Positions 25,797 to 37,025 of a stretch of 64,000 nucleotides of DNA are shown one piece after another; position 1 is the first letter of the stretch; each line of letters opens with the position of its first letter. The notes under the pieces were generated by a model. That model did no database searches. It had not been told where the DNA came from and saw only the letters and a program-made list of their open reading frames with translations. The DNA lies in NCBI RefSeq assembly GCF_001194135.2, contig NC_068986.1, positions 24,932,242-24,996,241 of the forward strand, read 5' to 3'. A program made the translations under genes and the position numbers. The stretch is from Octopus bimaculoides (lineage: Eukaryota).

Positions 25797-26450
25797 GATA
25801 ATAGTTTCAAATTTTGATACATGACCAACAATTTTGAGAGGAGGGGTTAACCGGTACCATCGACTCCACTACTTGACTGGTACTTTATTATTGTCGATCC
25901 TGTAAGAATGAAAAGCAAAGTCAACTTCAGTGGAATTCGAGCTCAGAACCTAATGGTAAAGAGGAAGAAATGCCGCTTTGCATTTCTTCTGACACACTAA
26001 TGATTCTGCCACTTCGCCACCGTACATTTGCGAGATAATGGTTTCATATTTTGGTACCGGACCAACAGTGTTTCAGGTGAGGAGGAAGTAGATTACATCA
26101 ACCCCAGTACTTGACTGCTACTTATTTTATCGGCTCCGAAAGAATGAACGGCAAAGCCGACCTCGGTGGACTTTGAACACAAAATGGACGAAATGCTGCT
26201 AAGCATTTTTTCCAGCAGGCTAAGGGTTCTGCCAGCTCACTGGCTTATATTTCCTAGGGTTAGTAGTTTTTTGAGGGGGAAGTCGATTAAATCGACCCCA
26301 GTACTTGACTGGTACTTATTTTATTAACCCCAAAAGGATGAACGACAATGTCGATTTCGACGGAATTTGAACTCGAAACGTAAAGACGGACGTATGTCCT
26401 CTAAGCTTATTGTCTGACTTGTTAACGATTCTGCCAGCCCATCGACCTTT
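25797..26450 (-). mobile_element. three adjacent, co-oriented, degenerate SINE A copies
   Basis: Heads TTCTGCCA end near 26020, 26245 and 26445, each preceded by the B box and body. Confidence 0.8.
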
Positions 26451-26499
26451 ATCTCCTAGATAATAGAAACACGTATGATTAAACTTTTAAATCCTTCAA

Positions 26500-27640
26500 A
26501 ATCTTGTAAATATTGTTCATCATTTGGAGTAAAGAAACCTACAAACAAATCTGAATCACTGAAAAGTTCCTACTTTTTGGCAATTTTCACGTCCTTTCAC
26601 CAAGTCATTTTCTTACAACAAATTGCCTTCTTCCTTATTTCCTTACGTTTGAAAATCCTCATCTTTTTTAATGATTTTACAACACTTTTGACATTAAAAA
26701 CGGTCGCAATATTTTATTACAAAGTTACACGATACGTCAAGTCATGGAACATTCACATGGCCACCCTTTGTGAATTACTTTTCTCCATCAGCCATCCATT
26801 TGTTCCATTCCAAAACAAAAAAAAAATTCTTATTCTCTTTAAAAGATTAATCTAGGTTTACATCGAAAAGTCAAAGTGTATATGTTATTCTCAATGGAAT
26901 AACAGCAGTTGTTATTTCCTTCTAGATGCTTCTTTACATTGTTTCTTACATGGGTGATCTGAACATATCTCATGCCAACAAGCTGTTTTTTTTTTGTTTG
27001 TTTGTTTTCTTTTCTTAACGCAGGCGCCTTCCTACACATTCCAATCCATACATATATACTCCAGCTTTTTTCATGTAACTTGTTTTTTTGTCTGGTTTTT
27101 CTTTTTCATGGACGCCAATAAAAAAAAACTGGAAGGAACTTTATATTTGATGTAGTTTTTGTTCAAAAATAAACATTACTTTTAATTTGATTCCGTCTGC
27201 AAGGTAACTTAATACAACAGTGAACATAATCTTTTCATGACCTAAACTTTTTATTAGAATAGTTTGTTTTTTATGCTTCGTTTTTGGATTGTTGTTTTTT
27301 TTTACTTTTGATGTCAACAGTTTTATTGCTAATCATATTTTTTTTTTAAAAAAGCAATATGTTTTATCCATATTACCGATCTGACAATGTAGCCATATTA
27401 CTTCTTCAATATAATGATATATCTATAGAAATTTGTGATTTTTGCTGCTAGATCTGTCGGGAGTTTGTGCACAATTTTTGTCTTCTGTTGCAACACCAAG
27501 TTTTTCCTTTTCATAAAGCAAGACCATCAATTTAAAACTCTCGCTTTGAAGTTTTGCTTTCATTTAGATATGTTTGCGCCTATTTAAGGATGTATGTTAA
27601 TTCAGGTAACACTCTAAATAGTTTGTTACATTTTTTCGTT
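26500..27640 (-). mobile_element. highly decayed pogo-family (POGK/Passer-like, DDE_1) transposase
   Basis: Minus-strand pieces occur in correct order across frameshifts: FMKRKNLVL, HKLPTDLAAKITNFYRYIII, IGNMDKT, HEKIMFTVVLSYLADGIKLKVMFIFEQK, LLAW.DMFRS, AVIP..ITYTL*LFDVNLD*SFKEN (VIPGGLT..LQPLDV..NKPFK-like) and WNKWMADGEK*FTKGG. Confidence 0.85.
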
Positions 27641-27867
27641 GACCCAAACTTCTAAGATAATTTGGGTACTTTGTAGATATACTACTGTGTTTTACTATAT
27701 TCTATGTATCTTAAAGAAGTCAGAATAACATTTGGGCAATCATCAATGAGTAAGGTTTGATACGGCCATGTTTTACTACACGCAAAAAGAATTTTGGTCG
27801 AACAAATCAATCGTAGTATTTATGTTTTTTTAACCCTGAATTTATTCTAGCGTTCTCTTCCGCGTAG

Positions 27868-28136
27868 CCGCTAAGTTACGAGGGCGTAAACACCCCCAAC
27901 ACCAGTCATCAAACGGTGGTGGGGGACAAACACACACACACACACACATATACATATGTGTATGTGTGTGTACGACGAGGTTCTTTCAGTTTCCGTCTTC
28001 CAAATCTGCTCACAGGACTTTGGTGGCCTGAGGCAATAGTAAAAGACACTTGCACCAAGGTGTCACGCTGTGGGACTGAACCCGGAACCGTATGGTTGGG
28101 AACCTAACTTCTTAGTACACAGACACGTGTGCGCCT
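27868..28136 (-). mobile_element. SINE group B
   Basis: GCCGCTAAGTTACGAGGGCGTAAACAC, internal (CA)n/(TA)n, TTCTTTCAGTTTCCGTC, and the head ending GCGCCT. Confidence 0.9.
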
Positions 28137-28166
28137 GTATAAGTATATATAGATGTATGTGAGTGA

Positions 28167-28216
<50 letters not shown>

Positions 28217-28376
28217 GTGTATGTGGCTTATTAACACGCGCGCGCGTGTGTGTTTGTATGCATATATCAATGTATAAGTCTATATACGTATGTATAGCGT
28301 GTACACGCGCGTAGATTAGTAAATGTAAGTGTACACAGACAGACAGACAGACAGACAGATAGATAGAGAGAGAGAG

Positions 28377-28429
<53 letters not shown>

Positions 28430-28464
28430 TGTGTGTATGTGTATGTGCACGTGAGTGTTCGTGA

Positions 28465-28710
28465 GCATGCGTAATGAGCGTTGCACTTACGATCGCACCG
28501 TCGTGGTTTTGATTTCCGGACCGGCTGTGCTCTGTGTTCTTGTGCAAAACGCTTTATTTCACTTTGAATGGACAACCCTGTAACGGACTGGCGTTCTGCT
28601 TAAGGTAATGTTGGGTCTGCCTGCCGAGCCAGCCGTGGGACTTCATTCAAAAGCCCCAGCAACGCGAGGAAACGCATTGCGACTAACAGAGCATAACAAT
28701 ATAACACCAT
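28465..28710 (+). mobile_element. tRNA-SINE with V-domain-like centre
   Basis: Head ACGATCGCACCGTCGTGGTTTTGATTTCCGGACCGG, then TGTGTTCTTGTGCAAAACGCTTTATTTCAC (shared with the 60277 and 32250 copies), then CAACCCTGTAACGGACTGGCGT, which resembles the V-SINE central motif from recall. Confidence 0.55.
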
Positions 28711-28721
28711 AACACTATAAG

Positions 28722-28841
28722 CCTGTTACGTATTGTTTTGACAAACCGCTAAGTCCCGGCGACGTAAACACACCAAAACCTGTTGTCAAGCGGTGGCGGG
28801 CAACAAACACTGACACAAAAACACGCGCGCACACACACTTA

Positions 28842-28878
<37 letters not shown>

Positions 28879-29232
28879 CAAATAATATGTGAGTATATGC
28901 ATATATACGTACATTTATGTACATACCTACATCTACATGTATATATAGATGCATATCTGGGTACAGGACGTCACAAAAAAACGTGGACAAAATGAAAAAC
29001 AGAACATAAATGGAACGCAGAAAACACACAGGGTACATAGAGAACATTTTCTTCATCAGCTGCCACCATTCTACACTAAGCAGATGGGCTTCTTTCAGTT
29101 TCCGTTTACCAAATCAGCCCCAAGTTATAGTAGAAGACAGTTGCCCAAGTGCCCAAGGTGTCAGGCAGTGGGAGTGAACCTAGAGCCATGTGGTTGGGAA
29201 GCAAGTTTCTTATCACACAACCAGTGTGTGTA
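28722..29232 (-). mobile_element. SINE group B split by an insertion in its internal (AT)n
   Basis: 3' half at 28722-28830, then (AT)n, an unrelated segment at about 28905-29080, and the 5' half at 29085-29232. Confidence 0.75.
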
Positions 29233-29827
29233 TTCCATATACAACTACTGAGATACACTCATACATTAAGAAAGGAATTGCAGAAGAAAGATTGCGAAAA
29301 GCAGATGTTTGGTAAATGCACCAACAATGAAGATTCCTCAGCATAACCTAACGTAACTTATTTTCACAGCTTTCAATCCTCGTCTATCTCTCAACCACCC
29401 TTCCAGCTTTCTCATGTCCTCAAAATATCAATCCCCTAATTCACCTCTATAAAACCAGAACACAATTAAAGAAGATTGAAAACGAAGTGAAAAGATATTT
29501 CGGGGTGCAACAAAGAAAAAAGTTTTTGTTCATGTGTTATACATTTATTGATTCGGAAAAATCCATCATTTTTTAATAGATCTTAAGAGACAGAATAATA
29601 CTGAATGGAAACGAAAAACAAAAATTAAACATGTATGTACATTTAGTTTTCTCTCACAATCGTTCGGGTGAAAATCCATGAAATTGCCGCCTTTTCTAGT
29701 GACAAGTCAGTACATGTTTAGAAAAAGGGACAAATAGACTTAATGAGAGAAAATTACGGTTAGATTTTGAAGTAACCTATTCAGACGGATTACTGCTACT
29801 ATTACTAATAATAATAATAACAATAAT

Positions 29828-29873
<46 letters not shown>

Positions 29874-29877
<4 letters not shown>

Positions 29878-30033
29878 AGAAAATTGCACTACTGGGTACT
29901 GCACACATTCTACGCAAAACACTTTCAATACAGTAAACATAAGAGCACCACAGCAAACCACAGCACATACCCAAGGCGCACAGAGCTGCGCTCGGTAGTG
30001 AAGTGAAAGCACGTTATAAAAATAAAACTACTG
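29874..30033 (+). mobile_element. 5'-truncated R4/Dong-like non-LTR retrotransposon 3' end embedded in (AAT)n
   Basis: Encodes IQKIALLGTAHILRKTLSIQ* (stop 29934-29936), matching the typical C-terminus of REL-endonuclease R4/Dong ORFs. A 3' UTR of about 100 bp follows, and (AAT)n flanks both sides in the same orientation. Confidence 0.8.
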
Positions 30034-30450
30034 AACAATAATAATAATAATACAACTACTACAATTACTACTATCGTCACAACCATTACTACATTTATAT
30101 AGTGCTCTATACTGCAAAAGTAGATGACACACTCTCTCTCTNNNNNNNNNNNNNNNNNNNNNNNNNNNNNNNNNNNNNNNNNNNNNNNNNNNNNNNNNNN
30201 NNNNNNNNNNNNNNNNNNNNNNNNNNNNNNNNNNNNNNNNNNNNNNNNNNNNNNNNNNNNNNNNNNNNNNNNNNNNNNNNNNNNNNNNNNNNNNNNNNNN
30301 NNNNNNNNNNNNNNNNNNNNNNNNNNNNNNNNNNNNNNNNNNNNNNNNNNNNNNNNNNNNNNNNNNNNNNNNNNNNNNNNNNNNNNNNNNNNNNNNNNNN
30401 NNNNNNNNNNNNNNNNNNNNNNNNNNNNNNNNNNNNNNNNNNNNNNNNNN

Positions 30451-30483
<33 letters not shown>

Positions 30484-30577
30484 CATATATATATATGTAT
30501 TTATATATGCATATGTATATGTATATATATATATATGTATTATGTATGTATGTATATATATATCTATGTGTGTATAT

Positions 30578-30610
<33 letters not shown>

Positions 30611-31264
30611 TTGACGATTGCATTGCTGTTGCAACTAGAGTTGCTAATTGATATCAATGTTTGGTTAGTTTTTAGTGTGCATTAGTTTCGATTTTACTCT
30701 AAAATAGCAATTAAAAAACGAGATTCGCAGTTACACTTTAAATTAGTAATGTAATAGTGACAGAAAATTAGAGTTCAAGTGAGATATATCACATTGCATG
30801 ACATTTTTAACGGGATTCCGCATCTTTCGGGGGCCCCTTGCATTACAACTGCCACGTATTTTCCTCGGTTTCTCAGATTTCACTGGATAACCGCAAAACC
30901 ATAGATCTTATCCTCAGATCCAACGAGCTGCGTAACGTGTAGCTATCTCAGCAATTTTGTGAGCAAGAGCGCCAACTTAGTCGTGCTATCAGTTAAACTG
31001 CTGCACTTCTCTCTCGGTATCTTGAATTCCAACAACAACATTTCTTTTCTAGTTATTTCTGTTCCGTTTTATTCCTCTTATTTTAATTTTCTGCATCCTG
31101 AACACAAATGGAAAAGATGGTTTTTACGAGCGGATTTTTGACATCAGAACTTCTACCGACAATTTCACTATATTCATAATCCGATTCAGGTTGGCAGGTT
31201 ACTCTGTGAATCCCATAAATTCAAATATTGTCTGTTGCCTATCTTAAACCTTGTATCAACTACT

Positions 31265-31308
<44 letters not shown>

Positions 31309-33380
31309 CACACAAGCACACATGCATACACACACACATACATACCCATACTTACGCTCACACGCACACACACACCAACAAAAGGAGCAATAAACCTGAA
31401 ACGAAAATCCTAGAAATTGTGCTCCATAAGGTTTCCTTTTAAGTGAACCTTTTCTTTCCCTACCTTCATACAAACCTTCTCTCTTCACCTTCCAAAACTT
31501 TTATTGCCTGGCTTCCTAATTATCTTTATCCAACTTGTCTTTCCTTCTACTGATGTGTGTATAGCTGAGGCTTCTGACTGTTTTACACATATATTACCTA
31601 CAATTTCCAAATTCATTATAGCTATTTAATGTTTCGTTGTTTCTACTACACCCAAGGAACAAAAGGCTTGACTTGAGAAGTCAACAAAGTGCGAGGAGAT
31701 GAGGCATCTACCTGGTCTCTCCAAGTATTAGAAATGGCATCTAAAAACTTTCCTGCAATCTTAAGGAAAAAGAAAGACACATTGGATCCACATGATTCCC
31801 GGTATACCATGTGTAAAAAATATGCGACAGTCCTAAGTAAAAGTTCTTTTACCATAGATCTGCTCTTTCGGGTCTGACCTGTGGCTAAATAACTGCAGCA
31901 TTAACAACTTAGCTTCCAGATTAAAAACTGTTCACCTTGTGGTTATGTGTACAGTTTGCGTTTTGAGTTTTGAGAGTTTTTTTTCTTCACATCACCTGGC
32001 ATTTTCCACTTTTCTCTTGCACCTTTGAGACCCTTATTACCTATTTCACTGATTTGCTACCGTTACTTATTTTTATCAAACCTTTTCTTTCTCCTGCTCT
32101 TGCATTGTCGGGGTCGTTGCGTATTGTTTTTGTGATTTTCAAATCCACTATAAATATCTTGTTTTTAGATAAACTGCACATGCTATACACTACCTCAGTT
32201 CACATAATATTTATGTATAAATGCCAAGTTTAAAATACCAAGAAGATGCATCGCCCCAGCGATTAAAATGTTGAGCTCACGATCTTTAGGTAATGGGTTC
32301 GATTCTCGGACCAGGCGGCGTGTTGTGTCTTTGAAAACTGACACTTCATTTCATGTTGCTACAGCTCACGTTGTTAAATAAAATGAGCACCAATTGTACA
32401 TAGGGATTAACACTAACGTCCGTTCAAGTTGGCAGAGTCTTGTGCCCTCAGCTAAAACACCTTGCAAACCCGGATAAGATCCGTTCTCGTGTTGTGGATA
32501 AACTACGACCTGCGGGTTCGATCCTTAGAAAATTAGCCTTGAAAGATGACCATCCTATCCATATAGATTTCCCCCTTTCCACTGCAATTACGCCAGTTGC
32601 ATTTAACTAACAGCTCCGTGCATATCACTGTGATCCGTAAAGGAATTAAATATTAATGGAAGTTTATTTGATTTAAAAGAATCCAATTTTCTTAATAACA
32701 GAAATGCAGAGTTTGCTTTGGATAAATGAAGAGACAAACAGAATAAATGTAGCTTCGTGAGTTTTTTATAATTGCTTTAAAATGAATATTTAACGATTCG
32801 ACAGATTGACGGAATACGTTCATCTTTCCAGATGGACAGTTCAAATATCTGTCTTTGAGACCGAAATAATTAAAAGACCTTAAACATTTTAAATATTTTA
32901 CAAACATTATAAACCGTAGTCTTAAGATAGAGGAAATTGATATTTCCACTTATTTGTCGATGTAAAGGAATTAAATACAGCGTTATGAATTAATTTTGTT
33001 GAAATTATTTAACCCCAGGTCATCAACGATCGAACAGATCTGTAATGTAATAAGAGGCGTTCTCGTCATGACCGGCTCTCTTTTATCCAAAATATACATC
33101 TAGGAATACACTATCCAACTAACCAAGTATCTTTGAGCTTCTCTGCATTTAGATCTGAAATGTAAGATCTCTACCCTGATGACGGAGTTTCGTCTTATCC
33201 AATGTTAATTGCATTCATACAGCCGCATATTGTGATGAACTAAATCTACCAACATCATTATGGATCACCGAACCCCCAGAAACAGCTGTTGGGCTTATAA
33301 CATCTTTCTTCCACCCATTTAATTTTCTCTGTCGTTTGTACTCTGTGCAAGTTGGACCTATTAATATAAATATCTATATA

Positions 33381-33593
33381 AGGCGGCGAGCTGGCAGAAA
33401 CGTTAACACGCCGGGCGAAATGCTTAGCGGTATTTCGTCTGTCTTTATGTTCTGAGTTCAAATTCTGCCAAGGTTGACTTTTCCTTTCATCCTTTCGGGG
33501 TCGATAAATTATATACTAGTTGCGTAGTGGGGTCGATCTAATCGACTGGCCCCCTCCCCCAACATTTCGGGCCTTCTGCCTAGAGTATAAAAG
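33381..33593 (+). mobile_element. young SINE group A, tail type 2, 18-bp target duplication
   Basis: Near-consensus sequence flanked by AATATAAATATCTATATA at 33363-33380 and 33594-33611. Confidence 0.95.
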
Positions 33594-33774
33594 AATATAA
33601 ATATCTATATATTTATGCTTTAAAATTCATCATCTGAGAGTTTCCACCTTTTGCGATCTCTTGTTTTGCATGTATACATATATTCATATTTTGTATCTCA
33701 TATCCAAACTAATATATCTATCTAATATATTTAATATATTTGATGTATCTAATTTGTTTATCCGCATAATTACC

Positions 33775-33862
<88 letters not shown>

Positions 33863-34283
33863 CATATATCGTTTGTAGATATACATAAATCCATGGCAGA
33901 AGCACACTCTAAGATGTAGAGCAGTTAATATTATAATAGGGACTGGTTATGGAGTTACCCTGGGTTTCAGACCCCAAACACTGCTGACCTAAGAACTCTT
34001 CAAAATATGGAGGGGAAATGCCTCTCGGTAAAAGTGAATACTAGGTAATTATTTCCCTTTGCCATTGGTAATCGAGCTTCAGCCGCGCCGCCACCTTGCG
34101 GTCACCGAAGAACCACGAAGGGAAACGATTGTCTCTCTTCTGCCTTGGCTATTGGCTTCCAAGGCAGACCTGCTTGGTATCATCCCAAAACTGAAGTTCC
34201 GTAAGTTCTCATACTCTTTCAACGTAAGCTCTGAGCCGATATTAGATTGTTAAAGAAACTCAGATAGGTCTCTAATCTTCTCC

Positions 34284-34540
34284 AATAAAACAAAAAATTT
34301 ATACAGGCTAGAAGCGCCAGTGTAAAATAGACTGCTAGATAACATTACACAAAAATATAGGCGCGCTCCCCTTGCTCACATAACGACATCAACAGTGAAG
34401 CCAAAGCATTAGCTAACGAACTAGAGATAGCAGACATAGTAGAGATCCTAGCTAAAAGAAACGTGATCATTACAATAAAAGATCAAGAACCGAACTTTAC
34501 CTATAACCGTAAATGCTGCCTAATCAATTCGGCCAAATCC
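34284..34540 (+). mobile_element. Penelope-like element, fragment of reverse transcriptase N-terminal region
   Basis: NKTKNLYRLE..*NRLLDNITQKYRRA / NDINSEAKALANELEIADIVEILAKRNVIITIKDQEPNFTYNRKCCLINSAKS matches the PLE pattern DKT.NLY...NIT..Y...IN.EAK.IA..L.I.DR...AFITLKDHK.NF...CRLINPAKS. Confidence 0.8.
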
Positions 34541-34653
34541 AGGAATGGATATATTATATTAGGGAGAATGTACGAAAAAAACAACAACAGACGAGGACAG
34601 GTGGTATAAACAACAAAAGGATGTATTAGTTTGACGCTCGGGAATACAGAAAG

Positions 34654-34690
34654 TCTTTAACGTTTCGAGCTACGCTCTTCAACAGAAAGA
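34654..34690 (-). ncRNA. minimal type I hammerhead-ribozyme-like motif with variant core
   Basis: Minus strand reads TCTTT-CTGTTGA-A-GAGC-GTA-GCTC-GAAA-CGTT-AAAGA. This gives a 5-bp helix I, a 4-bp helix II, GAAA, and palindromic AACGTT in place of helix III. The core is CUGUUGA instead of CUGANGA. Confidence 0.55.
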
Positions 34691-35171
34691 ATACGGAGAA
34701 AACAAGGAGAAAAACACGGAGAGAAAAAATTGAATGGTGTTTGGTCAACGATCTATCAACAGAAAGATAAACAGACAGACAGACAGGCAGACAGGTAGAT
34801 AGATAGATAGAGAGAGAGGGGGGGGATTATACTTGTTTCTTTAATACAGACGTGAAATAAAGGGTGACACGAATCACATGCTCACATATTCAAATGAATT
34901 AATTAATAAGTAATTAATTAATTAATAAGTAATTAATAAGTAATACGAAAACCTGCCTTTCGCCTTTTGTTTAGCGTATCAGTTGACTTTACGAATGAAA
35001 CTGAATATACTTCCAGTAAATTATCGTAATAATGATAGATGTGTGTACGCTGTTATATGAGAAAGCATTTGATGTGTCGTTTGGTGAGAACATTGCGTGG
35101 TAAAACTCTTTCAATTAGTCTCTGTCTCCCTCTCTCACTTTTCTTCTTCTTCTTCCTCCTCCTCCTCCTCC

Positions 35172-35204
<33 letters not shown>

Positions 35205-35605
35205 CTCTCTTTCTGTCTTTCTTTNNNNNNNNNNNNNNNNNNNNNNNNNNNNNNNNNNNNNNNNNNNNNNACACGCTATTCCGTCATAATTTCCAGTCTA
35301 TTCCTAATCGCTATTTTGACTAGAATAGAATAAAAAGCTCGTTCACTACTCGAAAACATTCCAACTCACTTGAAAATAGAAATTGTATTTCAACTTGCGA
35401 GGGCGATGAGCTGGTAGGTTTGTTAGCACGTGAGGGGAAAACGCTCAACACTATTTCGTCCGGTTTTACGTTCTGAGCACAAACTCCACTGAATTTGATT
35501 TTGCCTTTCATTCTCATTAAGTACCAGTGAAGCACTGGAGATCGATGTAATCGACTCAAAATTGTTCGCCCTCTGGCAAAAATCGAAGCTATTCAATATA
35601 TCTAA

Positions 35606-35811
35606 CCCTTTACCGTTCAGATTACTCTATCAAATGTAATGCTTATTTATTCACATTATTTTGAATTAATCACGCATTATATCGCAGTACTGAGATTGGA
35701 TAATTTTAGAATGACATTGAAGAGTAGGTGTGAGATGCAGGATCTGGTTAGTTTGAGCCTAATTCAGAGAGAGAATTTGGCCCTGATATGGCCGGCTTAA
35801 ATCCTAAAGGG
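35606..35811. mobile_element. piggyBac-type MITE
   Basis: Termini CCCTTTA...TAAAGGG, with the 4-mer CTAA directly repeated at 35602-35605 and 35812-35815. Confidence 0.7.
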
Positions 35812-35915
35812 CTAAACATGCTAAAAGATTAAACATTAGATTTATTATACAACGACCAGGGTACTGGAACGAAACTAATGTAGGAACAACTTCATGTACT
35901 AAAAATACTCTCCAT

Positions 35916-36146
35916 ATTTCTGTACTGCCCACAAGAGGCTACACACAGAGGGGACAAACAAGGACAGACAAACGGACTAAGTCGATTATATCGACTCCAG
36001 TGCGTAACTAGTACTTATTTAATCGACCCCGAAAAGATGAAAGCAAAGTCGACCTCGGCGGAATTTGAACTCAGAACGTAGCGGCAGACTAAATACCGCT
36101 AAACATTTCGCCTGGTGTGCTAACTTTTCTGCCAGCTCGCCGCCTT
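35916..36146 (-). mobile_element. SINE group A, tail type 1
   Basis: Full length, with tail TTTGTCTGTCCTTGTTTGTCCCCTCTGTGTGTAGCCTCTTGTGGGCAGTACAGAAAT. Confidence 0.92.
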
Positions 36147-36655
36147 ACTATGGGAAATTATTGCTCCGCTTTACGAGTTTTCGCTTTACGAACGGCCCCC
36201 AGGAAAAAATCAACTCGTATATCGAGGTATATCTACACATTTAAATCATTTTTAAGCTTGCTATTGGACATGTAATTCTTTATACTTCAGGCAAAAAGCA
36301 TGAAATTTTGGGCGAGTACCAGTGCTCAACTGGTACTTTTATCTCCCTCGAAATGATGAAAGGCAAAGTTGATGCTGGCGGAATTTGAACTCAGAATGTA
36401 AAGCCGAAAGGAATGACGCTAAATACTTTGTCCGGCACGCTAAAGATTCTAACAACTGGCCGCTTTTATTGGATTTATAATATAACATATTTCGTCCGTT
36501 TTTTGGTCCAATTTCCTTTTCCTCCTTTCGGGGGCGATAAAATAAGACCAGCTGAGCACAGGGGTCAGTGTAATTGACTTACATCCCCTTCCCGAATATG
36601 CTGGCTTTGTATCAAAATTTAAACCTATTATGTATGTATGTATGTATGTATGTGT

Positions 36656-37025
36656 GGAGGCCCAGTGTTAGGGCCGCGGGCTCGCAGTCATAGGATCGCG
36701 GTTTCGATTCCCAGACCGGGCGTTGTGAGTGATTATTGAGCGAAAACACCTAAAGCTCCGCGAGGTTCCGGCAGGGGATGGTGGCGAACCCTACTGTACT
36801 CTTCCACCACAACTTTCTCTCACTCTTACTTCCTGTTTCTGTTGTGCCTGTAATTCAAAGGGTCAGCCTTGTCACACTGTGTCACGCTGAATATCCCCGA
36901 GAACTACGTTAAGGGTACACGTGTCTGTGGAGTGCTCAGCCACTTGCACGTTAATTTCACGAGCAGGCTGATCCGTTGATCGGTTCGACTGGAACCCTCG
37001 ACGTCGTAAGCGACGGAGTGCCAAC
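36656..37025 (+). mobile_element. full-length SINE group C (tRNA-derived, OR1/OR2-like) inserted in (ATGT)n
   Basis: Head GGAGGCCCAGTGTTAGGGCCGCGGGCTCGCAGTCATAGGATCGCGGTTTCGATTCCC and tail GACGGAGTGCCAAC(AAC)n. ATGTATGTATGT is present on both flanks. Confidence 0.92.

Noticed and set aside
26475-26855. 126-aa plus-strand ORF
   Set aside because: It is the antisense of the decayed pogo transposase.
36656-36730. tRNA-like sequences at SINE heads (also 38446, 62500 and all group A/B heads)
   Set aside because: They have A and B boxes but no complete cloverleaf, and they continue into SINE bodies, so they are not tRNA genes.
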